Assembly: GCA_022844165.1 (NCBI GenBank) | Contig: JALHMH010000015.1 | Location: 1 to 64,000, forward strand | Source: Lysobacterales bacterium | GTDB taxonomy: Bacteria > Pseudomonadota > Gammaproteobacteria > Xanthomonadales > SZUA-5 | Reading direction: 5' to 3' | Length of the DNA stretch: 64,000 nucleotides | Part shown: piece by piece, positions 19,767-30,250 of the stretch | How the letters are laid out: every line of letters begins with the position of its first letter | How positions within the stretch are numbered: the first letter of the stretch is position 1 | Made by a program: the position numbers and the translations under genes | The notes under the pieces: generated by a model | Databases searched by the model: none | The model's input: the letters and a program-made list of their open reading frames with translations, nothing else | What the model was told of the DNA's origin: nothing

Positions 19767-20549
19767 ATGTCGGTCGAACACTCTGCAGGTTTAACCACGC
19801 TTAGCGTCAACCTAAACAAGGTGGCGCTGTTGCGAAATTCCCGGGGCGGCGATTCGCCATCCGTTGTTCGCGCGGCTGGAACCGTACTTGGCGCTGGCGC
19901 CGGTGGAATCACGCTGCATCCGCGCCCGGATTTGCGTCACGCGCGCCCGGACGACATCGCTCCGATGCGGGAGCTTTGTCTGGCGCCTGTCGAACTGAAT
20001 CTTGAGGGCAATCCGTTTGCGCCAGCAAACGACCGCTATCCAGGATTCCTGCAACTCGTCGAACAGTATCGGCCAGACCAGGCGACCCTGGTGCCAGATG
20101 CAGATGCCCAGCTCACGTCCGATCATGGCTTCGATCTGGCGCTCGATGCGGCGCGATTGCGGCCGATCGTCGCATCACTGAGGGCTCTGGGGATACGCGT
20201 CAGCTTGTTTGTCGATATGGACGCTGTCGATATCGAGCGCGCTGCAGAGATCGGTGTGGACCGCATCGAGATCTACACCGGCCCATATGCCAGGGCCTAT
20301 TCGTGCGGGGATGCGGCCGCGGCGCTGGATGCCTGCGCGCAAACCGCGAGCGCCGCACGGGCAGTGGGACTCGGCGTGAACGCGGGCCACGATCTGGACT
20401 TGCACAACCTGGGCGCGCTCTTACGCTATTGCGCACCGATCAGTGAGGTTTCGATTGGCCATGCGTTGGTTGGCGATGCGCTGTACCAGGGTCTGGAGGC
20501 GACCGTGCGCGCGTATCTGGGCGTGATCGCGGATGCATATGGACGTTGA
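19767..20549 (+). CDS. pdxJ: pyridoxine 5'-phosphate synthase
   Basis: LSVNLNKVALLRNSR, ITLHPRPD, NAGHDL, EVSIGHAL. Confidence 0.95.
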   Translation: MSVEHSAGLTTLSVNLNKVALLRNSRGGDSPSVVRAAGTVLGAGAGGITLHPRPDLRHARPDDIAPMRELCLAPVELNLEGNPFAPANDRYPGFLQLVEQYRPDQATLVPDADAQLTSDHGFDLALDAARLRPIVASLRALGIRVSLFVDMDAVDIERAAEIGVDRIEIYTGPYARAYSCGDAAAALDACAQTASAARAVGLGVNAGHDLDLHNLGALLRYCAPISEVSIGHALVGDALYQGLEATVRAYLGVIADAYGR

Positions 20550-21792
20550 TCTTGAGCACTACGCCGCGCTCGACGCGCGGCTCGTTGCGCTGGTCAAAGA
20601 CATCAAAGTCCTGAGCACACTCAGTTGGCCCAAACGTGTCCAGGACGAATTTCTCGCCGCTTGGCGGAGGGGTCAGCCTTATCTTCCGGAGATTGCTTAC
20701 AAGCGCTTGGACTTCTACGAGCGGCGGCGCGAACTCACGGCGATCGCGCAAGCCTGCGAACCCAGTCACCCGGTGGGCGACTACCTGCAACGGACGGCGC
20801 ATTCATGGCAGATCGCAACGATGCTGCTGGAAAACCTGGGCACCGCGCGCATCACCGAGTATTCGATCCACCTCTATGGTCGCCCAGGCGATCGGATTGC
20901 AGGATCTGAGGTCAATAATCTCTCTGCGGCCGATCACTTCATCTGTGCGGCAGCGGACGTCATGGGCAATGAAGCCCTGGACGAAGCCGACTACTGCCTG
21001 TCTGCAGAGACTATCGCCGATGAGTTGCGCCATCGCCTCGCGCAGGTGTTCACCGACCACACCATTCGCATTGAAATCGATCCCGACCTGGTGGCCAAAG
21101 CCGCCGCCGGCCCAACGCGTATTCGATTGCGGGCAAGCACCGGATTTTCCGAATACGATCTCTCGCAGCTGTTGGAACACGAGGCTTTTGTCCATTCCTT
21201 GACTTCGCTCAACGGCCGCGCTCAGAAGCATCTGGGCTCGCTTGGCCTCAACAGCCCTCGCATCACTGCAACGCAGGAAGGGCTCGCGGTGTTCGCGGAG
21301 TTGGTTACCGGTTCAATCGACATCTCACGCATGAAGCGCATCTCCTTGCGCATTCAAGCGATTGATATGGCGCTCGGCGGTGCCGATTTCGTCGAGGTGT
21401 TCCGGTTCTTTCGCGAGCACGGACAAAACGAAATCGACAGTTTCACATCGGCAATGCGCGTGTTCCGCGGCGCACCCACATCGGGCGGCGCGGCCTTCAC
21501 CAAGGATACGGTGTACCTGCATGGTCTGCTCGCAGTTCATACGTTTTTCCGTTGGGCGCTGAAGGCCGGGAAGTTGGAACTCGCTCGTCATCTCTTCGCC
21601 GGCAAAATGACGCTGGAAGATGTCGTCGATCTGGAGCCATTCGTCGAACAGGGGTTCATCCAGCCACCTCGCTACCTGCCGCCCTGGATGCGACGGAGCA
21701 ACGGTCTGGCGGGATATCTGTCGTTCTCGCTATTCGTCAATCGCATTCGATTGGACAAAATCGAACGTGATGGTGTGCTCGCGGGTCGCTGA
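20533..21792 (+). CDS. QEGLA-motif protein (DUF1704-type metallopeptidase fold)
   Basis: HEAFVH and TQEGLAVFAE, FTKDTVYL. Confidence 0.9.
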   Translation: MHMDVDLEHYAALDARLVALVKDIKVLSTLSWPKRVQDEFLAAWRRGQPYLPEIAYKRLDFYERRRELTAIAQACEPSHPVGDYLQRTAHSWQIATMLLENLGTARITEYSIHLYGRPGDRIAGSEVNNLSAADHFICAAADVMGNEALDEADYCLSAETIADELRHRLAQVFTDHTIRIEIDPDLVAKAAAGPTRIRLRASTGFSEYDLSQLLEHEAFVHSLTSLNGRAQKHLGSLGLNSPRITATQEGLAVFAELVTGSIDISRMKRISLRIQAIDMALGGADFVEVFRFFREHGQNEIDSFTSAMRVFRGAPTSGGAAFTKDTVYLHGLLAVHTFFRWALKAGKLELARHLFAGKMTLEDVVDLEPFVEQGFIQPPRYLPPWMRRSNGLAGYLSFSLFVNRIRLDKIERDGVLAGR

Positions 21793-21899
21793 TCCTCCGT
21801 TTGAAGTTCGAATTTCTGGGTTCGCGAAAACTGACTTGCACGGAATTACTGCTGCAATCCGTACTGATCGGGGTCAGCCATTTTCCAGCGAGTCCTGCG

Positions 21900-22940
21900 A
21901 TGACCCTGCGATACCTATCGTTCTGCGTTCTCCTGCTTTTCTGCCTGCCTTCGGCCGCGATCGCCGCACTCGCCAACTACGGTCGACTCAGCGGAACGGT
22001 GGTGCGCTCCGGGATAGACGACGACTACACCGGCACGCGCCACTATGAGATTTTTGTGGATGCGCCTGCGCCAGCTGGGAGCTGCGCAACATGGCGTGTC
22101 GATATCAACCTCCAGAACGTCGACCATCGGTTCGTTGTGCTCAATGCTCTGAGAAGCGATTGGTTTGGTGCGTTCCCGACCAATAGCGGATTGGCGACCA
22201 TTCCGTTTGGCAATCTGGCGTCCGAAGGGCGCGGCGCACTCGACTACATGCGCCATCCAGGGCTCCTGGACGCGATTCGCGGCAGACCCTGGTCGACAAA
22301 CCCTCTGTTGCAAGGTGGCGGCACATCGGCATCGGCACCAGCGCTCGACAACTGGTTGCGCGGTGCGCGTCGCGTGCATGCCTTCGGTGAGGTTTTCCCA
22401 CGTTCAGGAAGTTCATCGGGCAATTGTGTGCAACGTGGCGTACACAATGTTCACCAGAATCAGGGCAGCGCACGATCCTCCGCTGGCGTTTGGCAAGATG
22501 GCGGCATCGTTGTCGAGCATGAGCGCTGGTTGCCACTTTTTTCACCGTTCAATTTCCAGTTCCTGGGCTGGACCACCTACATCGAACGTACTGCGCTGAT
22601 GACCAAATTCCGCGACCAGAGCGATTTCGCCGACGGCGACGGTCGATCGCTGACGCCAGGGATGGAAGGTGCAATCTTCTATGGCGGGCAGTGGGTCGGT
22701 CCCTTTGTGGCAGACCAGCTGGTGTTTCGTGCCACAGCCCTGCAACTCAACCGTTACGACCCGCGTTTTCAGATGGTCGTATGGGATGCATACGGGAACG
22801 TACTCGCGGACAGCGATGGGGCGGATGTCGATGGCGTGGTTGAGTTCATTCGCACCTACCGCGCAGGTCCGGTCTGGGTTGAGGTCGATGCCGCCGCTGG
22901 ATCGACCTACGAACTGCGTGCGAACAATGCCTGGGATTGA
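21900..22940 (+). CDS. secreted protein with DUF2278/YukJ-like domain and C-terminal beta domain
   Basis: Signal peptide; LDYMR, GVHNVHQNQG, WQDGG. Confidence 0.7.
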   Translation: MTLRYLSFCVLLLFCLPSAAIAALANYGRLSGTVVRSGIDDDYTGTRHYEIFVDAPAPAGSCATWRVDINLQNVDHRFVVLNALRSDWFGAFPTNSGLATIPFGNLASEGRGALDYMRHPGLLDAIRGRPWSTNPLLQGGGTSASAPALDNWLRGARRVHAFGEVFPRSGSSSGNCVQRGVHNVHQNQGSARSSAGVWQDGGIVVEHERWLPLFSPFNFQFLGWTTYIERTALMTKFRDQSDFADGDGRSLTPGMEGAIFYGGQWVGPFVADQLVFRATALQLNRYDPRFQMVVWDAYGNVLADSDGADVDGVVEFIRTYRAGPVWVEVDAAAGSTYELRANNAWD

Positions 22941-23078
22941 AAACACCAGCGCTGCAACTCGAACGCTGAAGTTTCGTTGTGTGATGTCGACGCAGACGTC
23001 ATGCCGCTGGCGTTTGGGACACAACTGTGAAGCCAGTACAGCTTCGCCAACTTACTCCTTGATCACCGAGGCAGCCCT

Positions 23079-24119
23079 ATGAACAGAATCAACCTGGCCA
23101 GACCGGTCCAAAGTGTTACTCGCAGTTTTCTTGTCACGACATTCGCTCTGGTGAGCCCAGCCTTTGCAGCATGGAATCCAGATGCCGCTGTCTGGGTTGA
23201 GTCCGGATACCGGGCGGCATTGCCTGGTCGGTCTGACATTGGTAATGCCACGGCTCGATCGGCACCTGACGGCGAACATTCTCTGGTCGTTGCGGTCAGC
23301 ACCGACCTAAGCGTACCCGGTGGCGGTTTCGCGACATGCACTGGACTCAACAATGATTGCGATCAGGAGAACATCGTTCGCATGTGGGAGCCGCATGTCT
23401 ACAACGTTAGCGTCAGGATGAGAAACGACCGCATACAAATGATTCCATGGGGCTGGGCTTCAACGTTCCCGCATGGTATGGGATTCGGCGTTGCGTGCGG
23501 TATTTTGCGGACTTGGGACAATTGTGTCGGTTCCTGGGCCGACGACTTCCCGTCGACATTGGTTTTGGGCAAACACGCGCGGGTCCGGTTGTCGAAGGGT
23601 AAGGAGTCTCTCACTGTCACGACCGACACCCACGGCGAAACCGTTCGCTTTTATCACGGAGGTATCACCAGTGATGCAGGCTACTTGCGATTCCGATCGC
23701 CAGCCTGGTGGGCGGCGTGCTCTGTCGATACGCGATGTGCCAACGAGTTTCAGATACCGATGTGGTTGCGCACTGGAAACTGGAAAGACTTCAGTGTCGT
23801 CGATCTCAGCACATTCGCTGGCTGGGACAACAGCCCGACGTTCATTGAGGTCGAATTCGAGCGCGTGGAGTTCCGACTTGAGCCCAGATTCGACCCGGCG
23901 ACGGGCGCCTATGCATGGCTCCCAACGCAAGACCTGGACTATGAGTGTAGTGGCCATTTGTTCGCCAATTTCCCAGCGACTTTTCGCTGGTTCGATTCGA
24001 ACGAGATTGGGCAGAGTCCGCCTGACCTGCCGCTCGGGCCAAACACGGCGGATGCCTTCTGGAAGCATGAATGCCAATACTGGCGCTCGCCGTATCCGTT
24101 TGTTGCCGTTCGATCCTAG
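23079..24119 (+). CDS. hypothetical secreted Cys/Trp-rich protein
   Basis: Signal peptide ending AFA; 346-aa ORF with GAGG RBS. Confidence 0.7.
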   Translation: MNRINLARPVQSVTRSFLVTTFALVSPAFAAWNPDAAVWVESGYRAALPGRSDIGNATARSAPDGEHSLVVAVSTDLSVPGGGFATCTGLNNDCDQENIVRMWEPHVYNVSVRMRNDRIQMIPWGWASTFPHGMGFGVACGILRTWDNCVGSWADDFPSTLVLGKHARVRLSKGKESLTVTTDTHGETVRFYHGGITSDAGYLRFRSPAWWAACSVDTRCANEFQIPMWLRTGNWKDFSVVDLSTFAGWDNSPTFIEVEFERVEFRLEPRFDPATGAYAWLPTQDLDYECSGHLFANFPATFRWFDSNEIGQSPPDLPLGPNTADAFWKHECQYWRSPYPFVAVRS

Positions 24120-24420
24120 TGTGGTGTTCCGCAATGACCTTGAACGATTTCCGCGTCTTTCGACCCCATGCAGTGTTGCTTTTAGCCCGTCGGCGCAGCC
24201 GCCGGTCGTTCGGTCGATCGCGCGGCACGCCGCGCAAGCCGATCGTCCTCACGGTCGCCATAGAAGAGCTATGTCGTCCGGCCCGGCGGCGCAGCCGCCG
24301 GTCGTTCAAGTCGGCTCGCGGCATGCCGCGAAAGCCACCGACTTTCACCCTCGTCGCGCCTTGCCTGACGCCGAAATCCATCGGAAATATTGTTCAACTT
24401 AATCACGGAACACCACACCA
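24117..24420. mobile_element. MITE family A, copy 2 (IS630-like TIRs)
   Basis: TA-GTGTGGTGTTCCG...CGGAACACCACAC; shares sequence with 115-340; extra internal duplicated module. Confidence 0.8.
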
Positions 24421-24421
24421 G

Positions 24422-24466
24422 CAGGCTGCTGAGAAACGCACAGGAAGTGCGTTTCTCAACATCGTG
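24422..24466. mobile_element. MITE family B, minimal copy, flanked by CCAG direct repeats
   Basis: CCAG-CAGGCTGCTGAGAAACGCACAGGAAGTGCGTTTCTCAACATCGTG-CCAG; same hairpin as at 12210-12239. Confidence 0.65.
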
Positions 24467-24468
24467 CC

Positions 24469-24654
24469 AGAGTCCTTGACGGAGGCGGATCTTTTCATTT
24501 GAGTCAGTATCTTAGAAGCGGCTTTGGCTTTTGCAGCCCCTTAGGTTGTGGGGGTGAGGCTCAGCGCTGACACGCCGTACGCCCAGGGGCTGCTCCGCTG
24601 GGCCGGAAATGCTAAGCGCGGGTTGTGGCAAGTGCAGTGTCGAACGAAGCCAGC
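24469..24654. repeat. MITE family C, partial copy
   Basis: Colinear similarity to 33261-33460 (AGAGTCCTTGACGG...GGGCCGGAAATGC...CGAAGCCAGC). Confidence 0.65.
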
Positions 24655-24825
24655 GTACTGGTCAAAACCATCATGGCTCAAAGCCATCCGCAAAATCGAG
24701 AGTTGTGCAGCCATGATCGTATTGGGTCGTCGCCCTTCTTGCCGCTTTTTGTCAATGACGGGCGCCGGTTGGTAGCGGCAACTTTGGCGTATTCTTGACG
24801 CTTTGATGACAAGCCGGATTCCGAC

Positions 24826-26970
24826 ATGCGTACGTTCCTGGTCTTACTGCTGGCGAGCGTCGGCGTTTCTGCCCAAGATTTTTACGACCCTGCCGTTCTG
24901 CGCCAGGTGTCGCTGACTTTCGCAGAGTCGAATTGGGAGGCGCTGTTGCGCGCCAACTACGCATCGGAAACCCTGTTGCGCGGCGATATGGTGATTGATG
25001 GTGTGAGCTATCCCAATGTCGGCGTGCGCATTCGCGGCAACACCTCTTACACAGCTCTACCGGCGAATTCGCAGAAGTTTTCGTTGAAAGTCGAAACCGA
25101 TTTCATCGATCCAGACCAGGACGTGATGGGCTACAACAATTTGAACTTCAACAATGGCTGGCGCGATCCGACGTTCACGCGCGAACTGGTGTTCAACAAC
25201 TTTGTCGCGCAGTACGTTCCAAATCCGCGCGCCAGTCATGTGGTGGTGTCGATCAACGGCCAAAACTGGGGCGTGTACATCAATGTGCAACAACCGAACA
25301 AGGACCTCTTGCGCGAGTGGTTCTCCGACAACGATGGATTACGCATCCGCTGTGCGAATGTTCCTAACGGCCCCGGTTTGATTTTCAACGGCAACACCGC
25401 TGCTGGCTATCCTGTCTACGACATCCAGGAGTCCGGCGGCTTTGCGGATCCGTACCAACCACTGATTGCGGTCGCGAATGCACTGACCAATGAGCCGGCG
25501 GCGACCTGGCAGAACATCGATAACGTGTTCGCACTCGACCCATCAATCTGGGCCGTTGTGCTGGAGAACCTGCTCACCGACGATGATAGCTATGTCAACA
25601 AGGGCTGCGACTTCATGACCTATCGCGATCCAGTCGATGGCCGCATGCATTTATTCCCGCGCGATGCAAACGAGACTTTCTCGGCGCCGGCATGGACCAT
25701 CGATCGCAACTTCACGTTGACCAATCGACCATTCTTGCGTCGCATCAACACGATCCCAGAGCTCAAACAGCGATTCATGGCGCACTACCGGCATGCGCGA
25801 TCGCGCCTGAACTGGACGACGTTCGAGCCGTTGTTCACGGCGCAACGCAATTTGATCGATGCGGCAGTGCAGGCGGACACGAAGAAACTCTATTCGTACA
25901 CCCTGTTCCAGCAGAACTTTACGCAGACCGTGAATATGCCGTTGCCGGGTCTGGCGGGTGGGAACATTGTCGGTTTGCAGCAGTTTGTGGATAGCCGCGC
26001 GGCGACACTCGCCGGCAGCAGCACGGCGGTGTTACAGGAATTGAACGCACAGGGTCCGACGATCGCCAATGCTCAGGCATCGTTGACCAATCCGGCACCG
26101 GTGCAATCGGTGTTCGTCACGGCTGCTGTGGCAGCCAACGGCAATCCGATCGCCAGTGTCTGGCTCTACGTGCGTCCATCTGCGGCTGTCGGCGTATACA
26201 CGCGCCGTGCGATGCTCGACGACGGCCTGAATGGTGATGGCGCTGCTGGCGATGGCGTTTACGGTGCGCCGCTGCTCACGTTGCCAGCCATCAACGGGCA
26301 GCGCGTCGCGTGGTACGTGGGCGCGGTTGCGCAGAACGCCTTTTCCGCTACGTCGTTCTTGCCGATTCGCACCGAACGCAATCCGAACTTCGTGGAGTAT
26401 TTCGCTGGCGATGCCAATGGTCTGAGAATCACCGAGTGGATGTACGCTGGCGCCGCCGGCGAATTTATCGAACTGACGAACCTCTCCGATGCCGCCATCG
26501 ATACAGCCGGTTACAGCATTGATGACAGCAATGCGACGGCCGGTACCTTTCCCATTGGTGCCTTTGGTGTCGTTGCGCCCGGCGAATCGGTGATCATTAC
26601 GGAAGCCGACGCCAGCGCATTCCGCACTGCCTGGAACCTGCCTGCCGGTGTCAAGATCATCGGTGGGCTTGGAAGCGTAGGCTCGGGAGGAAACAACCTC
26701 GGCCGCAACGATCAGATTCACCTGTACAACGGCAGCAATGCGCTGATCGACCGGCTGTTTTTTGGCGACCAGACCTTCAGCGGCACCATTCGCACTCAGA
26801 ACCGAAGCGGTCAAACACAGTGCGCCAATGTCGGCCAGAACAATGTGACGTTGTGGGTGTTGTCGACGGCTGGCGATGTCTTCGGTTCGGTCACTGCGTC
26901 CGGCGGAGATGTTGGCTCGCCCGGTATTTATCTGGCTTCGTGCGGACTGTTCGCGAATGGATTCGAGTAA
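24826..26970 (+). CDS. secreted CotH-kinase family protein with lamin-tail-like domain and LFANGFE C-terminus
   Basis: Signal peptide; VGVRIRGNTS, KFSLK, LNFNN, DPTFTRE; DGLNGDGAAGDGVY; LRITEWMY...EFIELTN. Confidence 0.85.
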   Translation: MRTFLVLLLASVGVSAQDFYDPAVLRQVSLTFAESNWEALLRANYASETLLRGDMVIDGVSYPNVGVRIRGNTSYTALPANSQKFSLKVETDFIDPDQDVMGYNNLNFNNGWRDPTFTRELVFNNFVAQYVPNPRASHVVVSINGQNWGVYINVQQPNKDLLREWFSDNDGLRIRCANVPNGPGLIFNGNTAAGYPVYDIQESGGFADPYQPLIAVANALTNEPAATWQNIDNVFALDPSIWAVVLENLLTDDDSYVNKGCDFMTYRDPVDGRMHLFPRDANETFSAPAWTIDRNFTLTNRPFLRRINTIPELKQRFMAHYRHARSRLNWTTFEPLFTAQRNLIDAAVQADTKKLYSYTLFQQNFTQTVNMPLPGLAGGNIVGLQQFVDSRAATLAGSSTAVLQELNAQGPTIANAQASLTNPAPVQSVFVTAAVAANGNPIASVWLYVRPSAAVGVYTRRAMLDDGLNGDGAAGDGVYGAPLLTLPAINGQRVAWYVGAVAQNAFSATSFLPIRTERNPNFVEYFAGDANGLRITEWMYAGAAGEFIELTNLSDAAIDTAGYSIDDSNATAGTFPIGAFGVVAPGESVIITEADASAFRTAWNLPAGVKIIGGLGSVGSGGNNLGRNDQIHLYNGSNALIDRLFFGDQTFSGTIRTQNRSGQTQCANVGQNNVTLWVLSTAGDVFGSVTASGGDVGSPGIYLASCGLFANGFE

Positions 26971-27147
26971 GTCGGTCGGCGCACACTGCGGTCCTTCGAT
27001 GCGGAGTATCAACAACACAGCGCAAAGACAGCTCAGCGGCGATGCTTCGCTGGCGTTTCGCAAACGTGTTCTTCATCCCCGTTCATCGGTTTGACGTATT
27101 TGCGGGAGATGATTGTTGAAACTGGATTCTTGAAGAGAGCATCTGCC

Positions 27148-27849
27148 ATGACCAAACTGCTGCTGATTGTTGTCTCCACACTGTTCGCTTCGAGCAGTCT
27201 GGCCAGCGTCGAATTGCCCAGCTTGCCTTACGCCTATGATGCGCTCGAGCCGGTGATCGACGCAAAAACCATGGAACTGCACCACGTGCGACATCACGGC
27301 GCGCAGGTGACAGGTTTGAACGCCGAGTACGAAAAGAACCCTTCTCTTGCCAAGTTGTCGTTAGAGGCTCTACTCGGCAGCATCTCTACGCTGCCACCGG
27401 CGGTTCGAAACAATGCTGGCGGCCACTACAACCACTCGTTGTTCTGGACGGTGATGGCGCCGGAAGGTGAAGGTGGTGAGCCTTCTGAATCGCTGCTGGC
27501 GGCTATCCGTCGCGATTTCGGTTCGATGAACTCGCTTCAGACCGCATTCGCGGCAGCCGCGGCAACGCGTTTCGGCTCGGGATGGGCGTGGTTGATCGTC
27601 GATGAAGACGGCAAGCTCAAAGTCACGTCCACGGCCAATCAGGACAACCCGCTGATGGACGTCGTGGAAGACCGGGGCACGCCGGTGTTAGGCCTGGATG
27701 TTTGGGAGCACGCGTATTACCTCAATTACCAGAACCGCCGCAGCGACTACATCGTCGCGTGGTGGAAGATCGTCAATTGGCATGAGGTCAATCGTCGTTT
27801 CGCATCGGCCGTCGGGCAAAAGGGGCAGGATCACGACGCTGCGCATTGA
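27148..27849 (+). CDS. sod: Fe/Mn superoxide dismutase with N-terminal signal peptide
   Basis: [30 protein letters not shown]. Confidence 0.93.
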   Translation: MTKLLLIVVSTLFASSSLASVELPSLPYAYDALEPVIDAKTMELHHVRHHGAQVTGLNAEYEKNPSLAKLSLEALLGSISTLPPAVRNNAGGHYNHSLFWTVMAPEGEGGEPSESLLAAIRRDFGSMNSLQTAFAAAAATRFGSGWAWLIVDEDGKLKVTSTANQDNPLMDVVEDRGTPVLGLDVWEHAYYLNYQNRRSDYIVAWWKIVNWHEVNRRFASAVGQKGQDHDAAH

Positions 27850-27863
27850 TCGGCAACAATCGG

Positions 27864-28481
27864 CTATTGACCAGCGGCATCGCAGCGCTGGTTGAATTCG
27901 TCGATGGCGTGCGTGCGGCGGCGTTCGAGTCGCTCCTTTTCGCCGGCTGGCGTGAGCGACCAGACCGTGTGCGCAGCAGTGGCAGCCGTTGCGAGCGTCA
28001 GCACATTGCTTTCAAGCTCGCTGATGCGCCCGTCTCGAGCCGCTTCGGCACTCAGCAGCCGCAATCGGTCGGCGTTCATCGGTCCGGTGTTTTCACTGAG
28101 CATGAGGCTGACCGAAAGCAAATCGGAGTGCGGCGCTAAAGCGCGCCGCGCGTCGATCAGCGCATCCACTTCTGTGCATACGTGACGCATGGAGGTCATA
28201 CGGCAAACGCCTTCGTCATGGCAGCGCAGGACTTCGCCGTACGCTTGTTGGCTTTGCGAATAGGCAAACTCAATGGCATCGAGTTGCTGTGGGGACTGAG
28301 CCGATTCCATGGGAGTCGCCGCGGCGTCGAGCAGTGTGCGAGCGTACAAAAGCCGATCGGTTTCGCCATCAATGACTTTCAGCGCCATCGGCGTATCGTC
28401 GTAACTGCAACTGGTCAGGATGGCGATTGACAACAAAGTTGCCAGAGTCCGCTTCTTGCCGCAGTGGTCGTTGTTTGTCAT
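27864..28481 (-). CDS. hypothetical lipoprotein
   Basis: ILTSC lipobox; 205-aa helical ORF. Confidence 0.6.
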   Translation of the reverse strand: MTNNDHCGKKRTLATLLSIAILTSCSYDDTPMALKVIDGETDRLLYARTLLDAAATPMESAQSPQQLDAIEFAYSQSQQAYGEVLRCHDEGVCRMTSMRHVCTEVDALIDARRALAPHSDLLSVSLMLSENTGPMNADRLRLLSAEAARDGRISELESNVLTLATAATAAHTVWSLTPAGEKERLERRRTHAIDEFNQRCDAAGQ

Positions 28482-28643
28482 AGGCGTCCGCCCTTTTGTG
28501 ATGCCCGATGCTCAATCGACAGTGTGCAACCAGGGAGCGCACGTGGCAAGGGCGACGAGGCCGATTCGTTGGACTTTTCGAAGGAGTTGCTGCGTTGGCC
28601 TGGGCAACCCGAACCGCGCATTCTGCCTCGGTCAATTGGCGGG

Positions 28644-29030
28644 TCAGGCGGTGGCCGAAGACGTCGCGACACCCGCCTTGCGCATCGCAACCAGCCGCAG
28701 CAAACAGTAGATAGAACCGGCGATGAGTCCGGTTGCGCAAATCAGCATCGCCCAGATGCCGCGCTGATTGGGCGTTTGAATTTCGTCTGAGGCTGCGAGG
28801 TAAACAGCAAGAATCGATCCCAATCCAGAGGCTGGCGCAGCAACGAGGAACCAATAGGCGTTGATCCGGCTAAACAGCGAGTGGACCAACTGGCGAGCCC
28901 AGCCCTCAGGCATAGCGACATTCGCCGCGTAAAGAAGATCAAAGCCGCCCAGCGCGTCGAACGTCCATCCGAACCCCAGCGCCAATTGCAGCGCCAGGGA
29001 CGCGTAAAGCAGGAATTTGCGAACACGCAT
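28644..29030 (-). CDS. hypothetical membrane protein
   Basis: Three hydrophobic segments; directly follows the GST gene. Confidence 0.55.
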   Translation of the reverse strand: MRVRKFLLYASLALQLALGFGWTFDALGGFDLLYAANVAMPEGWARQLVHSLFSRINAYWFLVAAPASGLGSILAVYLAASDEIQTPNQRGIWAMLICATGLIAGSIYCLLRLVAMRKAGVATSSATA

Positions 29031-29041
29031 GTCCGACGAGA

Positions 29042-29725
29042 TCACTTGGTTCCGAACAAAATGCGGCGCGTCTCTTCGGTCATTTGTGCGGGCGGTGTGT
29101 AAAAGTCGCCGTAGGCGTAAGCGCGCACCGTGGCTGGCCGCTCGCGGATCGCGTCGAACCACCGCTTTAGATGGGGAAAGTTGTCGAGCGCCATCTGCTG
29201 GCGCTTGTGCGGCACGATCCACGGATAACAGGCCATGTCGGCAATGGTGTAGTCGTTGCCGGCAACAAACGCGTGCTGCGACAGCTGTTTGTCGAGAACA
29301 CCGTAAAGGCGCGCTGTCTCTTTCACATAGCGCTCGATCGCATAGGGAATTTTCTCGGGCGCGTAGACGTTGAAGTGATGGTTTTGTCCGAGCATCGGAC
29401 CCAGCCCGGCCATCTGCCAAAAAAGCCACTGCAAAGTGGTGTGCCGGCCGCGCAAATCGGACGGCAAAAACTGCCCGTGTTTCTCCGCCAGATACAGCAG
29501 GATGGCGCCGGACTCGAACAGCGCAAACGGGTCGCCGCCGCCAACAGGCGCAGCGTCGACGATCGCCGGCATCCGGTTGTTCGGCGCGATCTTTAAAAAC
29601 GAGGGATCGAATTGGGCCCCCTGTGTGATATCCACGCGTTCGATGCGAAACGGCACGGCCGCCTCTTCAAGGAACAGGGTGATTTTGTGCGCGTTAGGTG
29701 TGGGCCAGTAGTGGAGGGTGAGCAT
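29042..29725 (-). CDS. glutathione S-transferase (YfcG-like)
   Basis: WPTPNAHK, PNNRMPAI, FESGAIL, YTIADMA. Confidence 0.92.
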   Translation of the reverse strand: MLTLHYWPTPNAHKITLFLEEAAVPFRIERVDITQGAQFDPSFLKIAPNNRMPAIVDAAPVGGGDPFALFESGAILLYLAEKHGQFLPSDLRGRHTTLQWLFWQMAGLGPMLGQNHHFNVYAPEKIPYAIERYVKETARLYGVLDKQLSQHAFVAGNDYTIADMACYPWIVPHKRQQMALDNFPHLKRWFDAIRERPATVRAYAYGDFYTPPAQMTEETRRILFGTK

Positions 29726-29923
29726 GGTGTGAGGTCGATTTGTGGTGGCGCGATGTTCGAGGGTCGCGCTCGCCGACGCAACAGTTGGTGTTCACAGGTC
29801 GATTTGCCTGAGCGTCATCGCTGCGCATCGATGTGCTCCAAAGGTGCAGTGCAGGTGCACTACCCATGCGCATGACGAGCCGGTCGAAAGTCAGCGCCAA
29901 TCCGAGCTTTCGCACTGCAACCT

Positions 29924-29944
29924 AATTGACAACCATTCGCATTA
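29924..29944 (+). promoter_or_regulatory. Fur box upstream of bfd
   Basis: AATTGACAACCATTCGCATTA resembles the Fur consensus; upstream of bfd-bfr. Confidence 0.7.
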
Positions 29945-29982
29945 CGATTAACTTAGCATCATTGTTCCAGACATCTACGGCC

Positions 29983-30168
29983 ATGTACGTCTGTCTTTGC
30001 AATGGTGTGACCGAAGCGGCGGTGAAACGAGCTGCGGCGGCAGGTATCCGCAGTTTGGAGGAGTTGACAGCAGCCACCGGTTGCGGCGCGGGATGTGGTT
30101 GCTGCCGGGAGATGGCGGAACAGTTGCTCGACGAAGCGCACGGTTACGGTTTTGCGCTCGCCGCGTAG
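29983..30168 (+). CDS. bfd: bacterioferritin-associated ferredoxin
   Basis: MYVCLCNGVT...CGAGCGCC. Confidence 0.92.
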   Translation: MYVCLCNGVTEAAVKRAAAAGIRSLEELTAATGCGAGCGCCREMAEQLLDEAHGYGFALAA

Positions 30169-30250
30169 GCAAAGCGCTTTCATTCGCATTTCGACATTGC
30201 GCGCCGAAAGTCTCTAGGATCGGGCCGTTACCGCAACGGAGTGCCGAACC

